Positions 9,062 to 14,799 of a DNA stretch of 14,799 nt are shown here, piece by piece (position 1 is the first letter of the stretch; each line of letters starts with the position of its first letter). The notes below the pieces were generated by a model, which was given only the letters and a program-made list of their open reading frames with translations, searched no databases and was not told the origin of the DNA. The position numbers were made by a program, and so were the translations under genes. The stretch spans positions 1 through 14,799 of the forward strand of contig NW_021825733.1 in NCBI RefSeq assembly GCF_006345805.1. Direction: 5' to 3'. The stretch comes from Octopus sinensis (lineage: Eukaryota).

Positions 9062-9546
9062 ACATTGTTTTGTCTTGGTTTAAAAGATGGGCTACAGCAA
9101 ATATTCTGCTCAATACCACAGATTTGCTTGTCAGTTGTTTGACCTTAACCAGTTGAGCATGTCACTTAGTGGCTGACGATATGTGCATCTCTGATCACGA
9201 GCAGAAGTAGTGGGGGAGCATCATAGCCATGTGTTGAGAGGGATTCTTTAGGGTTTGGATAATTCACCTCTGGAAACATGGGTGATTCGTTCAACACCCT
9301 TAAACAATCTTTATTCAAGGACCTTTTGAGCGGGATGGGTTACTCAACCTGAAGAAAATTCTAACTGGGCCCCACCTGCAAGGTCATGTGCTGTTTATCT
9401 TGATATGAGATCACCATGTCGCGCACATATGGTTGTGATGTATGTGCCTGGTGTACCCTTATCAGACGGGTAGTCATGATGGGTATACTGGGCTTCATAT
9501 ATTTTACCCCAGTGTCACTTTGATGGCATGCACTGCTCTCTCACTC
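9062..9546 (+). mobile_element. ~485-bp non-coding interspersed repeat flanked by (AAT)n on both sides
   Basis: Sharp boundaries with (AAT)n arrays. Segment 9102-9262 recurs inverted at 12863-13023. No coding similarity recognised. Confidence 0.65.
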
Positions 9547-9722
9547 AATAATAATAATAATAATAGCAACAATAATAATAAAAATCTTTTCTGCTTAAGG
9601 AAGAAGAAGAAGAAGAAGAAGAAGAAGAAGAAGAAGAAGAAGAGAAGAAGAAGAAGAAGAAGAAGAAGAAGAAGAAGAAGAAGAAAAGAAGAAAGAAGAA
9701 GAAGAAGAGAAGAAGAAGAAGA

Positions 9723-9753
<31 letters not shown>

Positions 9754-9820
9754 AAGAGAAGAAGAAGAAGAAGAAGAAGAAGAAGAAGAAGAAGAAGAAG
9801 AAGAAGAAGAAGAAGAAGAA
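9547..9820. repeat. Short (AAT)n followed by a ~220-bp (GAA)n purine tract (9598-9820)
   Basis: Seen directly. Confidence 0.95.
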
Positions 9821-10492
9821 TCGTGCTTGTCCGTTCCCTGTTAAAACAGCATAAACAGAATGCAAATGTCCTATGAGTGGGATAATTTTTATGTTTCTAA
9901 CAACAATCCTGCTTTTGTTTCTACTGGGTTTTTTTACATATAGTCTTGAGAAAATCTTGCCTTTTGTTCCCCGCTTGAAAAGTTATTCTTCTCATAAATT
10001 ATGCTTGATTTATCCATAATTATCTTTGATAATTACTATTTATGAAGAGATGTAAAGGTAGAACAGCCAAAGGCATGATGGGAGTGTGGCCAACTTCACA
10101 ACGAGATTATCTATAGATTTTACTGAACGCTAACAATTTTAGGAGTTGAAATTTCACTATAGGTGTGCCGTAAATTGCAATTTCTCCTGATCCTGGCAAT
10201 GATTCGATTGATCTACTATCTGATATGTCCCTAGTTTTCGATAGATTTCAAGGCCAGATAATAATTGGCACTTCGGGTGTTCCAATTCATTATTGTCTGC
10301 CAAATTAAGTAGAGTAGACAACGACGTTTTCTCGTATATTCTTTTTTTTTAATGTTTTCCTTCATTTTATTATTATTGCTTTCGTTTTCGTTTTATTTTA
10401 TTTGTCTGTTGTTGGTCTCAGACGTTCCTGAGACTTATTCTCTGCAATGAATTCCTCTAAATACTGTTACTTAATAAATATATATACACAAA

Positions 10493-10548
10493 TGGCGGTG
10501 CCCCAGCATGGCCACAGCTCATTAGCTGAAACTGGAAAAATCAAAATC
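10493..10548 (+). mobile_element. 3' tail fragment related to the SINE at 4370-4782
   Basis: GGCGGTGCCCCAGCATGGCCACAG matches GGCGTTGCCCCAGCATGGCCGCG in the tail of that SINE. Confidence 0.6.
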
Positions 10549-10578
10549 ATATATATATCATGTGTGTGTGTGTGTGTA

Positions 10579-11420
10579 CAGGGTGCGTAAGATATTTGAG
10601 GACAGATTTATGTTTATAAAAATAAAATAGATATATAATGACAGATAACTTTATCAAAAAATGCTATGAGGATAAAAATAAACCTTGTTTTCTATAATGT
10701 TATTCAATAAAGCCACCTTCAGTTTCAACAACTGCTTCTATATGAGATCTAAATCATCTACATGCTCGAATCAAGTAGCCCTGATTCATTTTGGACATTA
10801 CTCTGACTATGGCAGCTTTCAAAGAATCTTTGGTGTTATGTGCGTGTTCATTGGCCTCTCTCTCAATAATGCTCCACGTGTAATAGTCCAATGGATTGAG
10901 ATCTGGAGAATTAGGAGGCCAAATGTTGGGAGATATGTGATCATGAAAATTTTCAGCCATCCATTCCTGTGCTACAAGAGCCATGTGTGATAGTGCAGAG
11001 TCTTACTGAAACACATATGGCCTTCCATTACATACACTGTCTATCCAAGGCTTAACAATTATTTCCAGGACCTTGTGGAAAGAAGTAAGTAGGTATCACA
11101 TGTCCTTCATTGCTGACAACCCCTAAAACCATGACAGTTGCAGGAAATTTTGTATACATAACACTTGGAACTTCAGAAGGGTCTGCACATAACCCTCTAT
11201 CATTTCTTCTTTTAACTTCTTGATCTTGGTCGTAGTTTTTCTCGTTTGAGGAAAACCAAATCAAATCTTCTGCTGGATTTTTTTCAGTTTGTTTGAGAGC
11301 CTTGTAGATCTGATGTAGTGATTTTCTTTTGCTTTTTCTGACAAACTGACCTTTCCTCATCATATAAGACATATCTGATGTCTTCGCAGACAACATTGGA
11401 CCTCAGCGTAAACATCCGGA
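10579..11420 (-). mobile_element. Tc1/mariner DD37D (maT/Bmmar1-like) transposon fossil, 5' part missing
   Basis: Terminus TA|CAGGGTG at 10577-10585. Minus translation: SYMMRKGQF...WFSSNEKN (first D to N)...KFPATVMVLGVVSNEG...FFPQG / VLEIIVKPWIDSVCNGRPYVFQ*DSALSH...WPPNSPDLNPLDYY...RACR*FRSHIEAVVETEGGFIE* (stop 10700-10702). There are 37 residues between the second and third D. Confidence 0.92.
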
Positions 11421-11430
11421 ACGAATGCCA

Positions 11431-11605
11431 CAACTGGCAAAAATGAGTAGTATCTGTATTTCAAAGGACCAGCTTTGCCATATTCTGTGTCACGCTGAAT
11501 CTCTCTGAAAACTACGTTAAGGTTGCGTTGGACTGTGGAGTGCTCTACCACTTGCACGTTAATTTCACGGTCAGAAGTTTCCGTTGATCGGATCAACTGG
11601 AACAC
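11431..11605 (+). mobile_element. 5'-truncated, diverged copy of the SINE tail seen at 6375-6700 and 2051-2444
   Basis: CTGGCAAAAATGAGT...TGTATTTCAAAGG...TGTGTCACGCTGAAT...AACTACGTTAAGG...CACTTGCACGTTAATTTCACG...CCGTTGATCGGATCAACTGGAAC. Confidence 0.85.
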
Positions 11606-11774
11606 GCGAATAGAAAGTGGTCTGTTGAACAAAAAAATGTTCTGTCTGTAGGTAAAAGTTATTTCGACGCCTATTTCTAGCAATGCTGCTACTGACTTGC
11701 CCCCTTAGTCACTTTTAGTGACGATTGTATTTGTGCCTTTTCGTTTTAAATTGCGGCTATCCACTTTAATAATA

Positions 11775-11775
<1 letters not shown>

Positions 11776-11811
<36 letters not shown>

Positions 11812-11918
11812 TGTGTGTGTGCATATATTATGTATACCATATGTATGTACGTATGTATGCATGTATGTATTATGCATGTGTGCATTTATGTATGTATGTA
11901 TGTATGTATGTATGTATG

Positions 11919-11946
<28 letters not shown>
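11776..11946. repeat. (TG)n plus (TATG)n microsatellite
   Basis: Seen directly. Confidence 0.95.
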
Positions 11947-11949
<3 letters not shown>

Positions 11950-12862
11950 GTAAAAAGATATATAGATGGTGTTAACTTAAATACTCCTTAAATCGATAAA
12001 ATAAAATGAATTTGATCAAAGATACTCAATGAGGCTTAAATTGAGGTTAGATAACAACAATGACAACCGATTTTATATTGTCTGATGATGTTCTGAAGTA
12101 GCGAGCGGTTTACTCACCCACTTTCTTCCCGAATTTTGTTCTCTCCTCATCTCCACTCACATTCCTAAAAACCTTGAGAGGATGACTTACTGTGTCATCC
12201 TATTAAACACCAAGCCTTTGGTTGCCTTTAAGAGAATCACTTTGTTGCAAACATTTGAGCGATACTTTTCTCCTACCCACCGGTCTCGGAGACCCTAAAA
12301 GAGTCAAGGGCATTGCCCTTCACACTGACAAGCAATACATAAATTCTCAATGGTTTCCTCTAGAATTATAAATGGGTGTTCTACGTGGCCGAATAGCGGT
12401 CAAATCTCCCGGCTGATTTCAAAAAGGAGACATTATATATTATAGAGTTCAAAGTACACTGTACTCGAAAAAGACAGGATAGTTGTGACTAGAGTGTTTT
12501 TATTTATGTATCTGTTCAATCACGTGTTGAGAACTTGCTATGATCAAGCTTAATTCCGGAGTTCCACAGGTACATCAGTACAGGGATACGAAAAGCTAAA
12601 AAGGAAAGTAAAAAAATTGGGGGACTTCATCGATGGGAATCTCACTGATCAAAGTGGCTCGTAAGCAACCAGGTACCTCTTTGCAAACTTAGTTGGGAGA
12701 CCTTATTGTAATTCCTTTCTTTGTTAGACTTTCCTTACAAATACGTCGATAACACTGTGTATCACGATTTTTATCCTTGGGTAGCAACTGTTATTTCCTA
12801 TTTGATTACCCCTAAAAAATATGAAAAATGGCTATTTCCTTCAAACTTTGCTTTTGTTACTT

Positions 12863-13023
12863 TTATTCAAACCCCAAAGAATCCCCTTCAACACAAGGTT
12901 ATAATGTTCCCCCACTGCGCCTGCTTATGATCAGAGACGCACATATTGTCAGCCATCAAGGGACATGCTCAAGTGGTTAAGGTCAAGCAACTGACAAACA
13001 AATCTGTGGTATTGATCAGATAT
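12863..13023 (-). mobile_element. Inverted partial copy of the 9062-9546 repeat
   Basis: Its reverse complement TCAATACCACAGATTTGTTTGTCAGTTGCTTGACCTTAACCACTTGAGCATGTCCC...GGATTCTTTGGGGTTTGAATAA aligns with 9102-9262. Confidence 0.85.
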
Positions 13024-13879
13024 ATCATAATGGTACTTCTACTTCAGCAATTCGACCCTGAATATGTCTGAAATGTAACGGAAAATAGGCCAGTTTCAAA
13101 ACATTGATGTCCAGGTCACAAAAGCAAAGTTTGAAGGGAATAGTAGTCATTTCCTTTGATTTCTAGATAGAAGCAAATATGAAATAATACTTACTGACCA
13201 AAGAAATAATGACCAAAAAAATTAATTTTTTGTTACACAGTGTAATTTGTGAGGAGAATACAGATCAGAAAAGGATAAATAGTTCAGGTTAAACATCAAA
13301 CACAAGGGTCCTAACAGCCTGGGAAAATCAGCAAAGGCTATGTGTACTCTTCGTAGCTTTTACTAGGTTCGTTATAATTAATAAAAAAATATATATACCT
13401 CGTGTCTCTGAAACCGATATCATGAACACGACTCATGATTTGTTTTCAGATAAAAGACGCAACATACCGAAAATATATATTTCGTAGATAAAAATTAATA
13501 GGAAAAAAAAATGGATACCATTTAATCATCTCACAGTCATTTAGATATATCAACTGAAAAATAAATTTTTGCTGGAGAAAAAATTGTCACTTTGATATGC
13601 AGAGTTCACTTCTTAATGGGAACCATGAAGGTATGTTGGACGAGGAGAGAGAGAGAGAGAGAGAAAAAATAAGGTATGTAGATTGAATTTTTCTTTTTTT
13701 TTATTCTTTCTATGGGATTATTATTGTCGACGTCAATGCTGCATTTCTTTTAGCTCCTGTTCTTGTCGTTGTTGTTATTGTTGTTGTTGTTTGTGATTCT
13801 TAATTGGAAATTGATTAAATGTTAAACCTCACTCAACATGGAGGATTCTGTTTCAGCAGCCTTGTAGATAACCGTCAGT

Positions 13880-14116
13880 ATGTTTGTGTGTTTGTGTGTG
13901 CGTGTATATATATATATATTATATATATATAATATATATTATATATATATATATATGGAGGAGGGCGGTATGCGTATGCATATGTGTGCGTGTGTAAAAA
14001 AAGTGACATAGATTAAATACACACATATATATATGTATATTATAGATATACATATATATACATACATATATGCATACATTATATATGACTACACACACAC
14101 ACACACACACCACACA

Positions 14117-14172
<56 letters not shown>
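13880..14172. repeat. (TG)n/(TA)n/(CA)n microsatellite field
   Basis: Seen directly. Confidence 0.9.
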
Positions 14173-14264
14173 GATATGTTGAGGTTATGGGCCTTACCCT
14201 TTTTTATATATATTACTTTCCGTTTAATCATCTTTTCCACCGGACAATTATGTTATTTCAGCAA

Positions 14265-14483
14265 CAGTAGCAGCAGCATCACCATCAAAATCATCATCAT
14301 CCTCATCATCTTCATCATCATTGTAATCATAATAATAATAATAATAATAATAATAATTATAATAACAACAAAAACAACAACAGCAGCAACAACAACAGTA
14401 ACAAGAGTAACATCAACTAGAAAAAAGAAAAAAATAACATGGAAAAAATAATATCAATAACGGCATTGAAAATAATTAATAAC

Positions 14484-14547
<64 letters not shown>

Positions 14548-14576
14548 GATGTTACAACAACAACAACAACAACAAC
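14265..14576. repeat. Compound trinucleotide field (CAG/CAT/AAT/AAC)n
   Basis: Seen directly. Confidence 0.9.
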
Positions 14577-14799
14577 GACTAGGTTAACTAGATCAAGACA
14601 ACAAAAATGATCCAAATTAGAAAGTCTAATTTCGGCAACGTTTGATCATCTAATTTAACCATCGGAAGTCACACAGGCATCTCCCTCGCCTCTAAACATT
14701 GGAGAGTGAGTCATTTTAGAAGTAGTTATCTAAAGGTTTCAATTAACAAGTATTGCAATATTATTAAAAACGAGTCTGATTTCTGTTTATTTATCTATT

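Noticed and set aside
9170-9215. CTGACGA suggesting a hammerhead ribozyme core
   Set aside because: No stem II followed by GAAA and no compatible stem I/III arrangement.
10150-10330. ~55-codon open stretch on the minus strand (STLLNLADNNELEHPKCQ...)
   Set aside because: No recognisable domain, start codon or convincing splice sites.

Overview
Eukaryotic, AT-rich, repeat-saturated non-coding DNA with no confidently identifiable host gene. The invertebrate-type 5S rRNA, tRNA-headed SINEs and extreme microsatellite load suggest a mollusc, probably an octopod cephalopod (inference). The window holds a decayed head-to-tail tRNA-Asn(GTT)/5S rRNA pair (minus, 15-bp spacer) and at least seven SINE copies or fragments with mixed head/core/tail modules, two with 11-bp TSDs. 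It also holds a complete hAT MITE with an 8-bp TSD, a hAT transposase 3' relic, a DD37D (maT) mariner fossil, and a 5'-truncated R4/Dong-type LINE between (TAA)n arrays. Unexplained structures include a 109-bp inverted-repeat element, a ~485-bp non-coding (TAA)n-flanked element with an inverted partial copy bracketed by 20-bp inverted arms, and a recurrent 16-bp motif. Most ORFs in the supplied track are microsatellite translations. All alignments were done by eye; family names are from memory of consensus motifs, not database searches.
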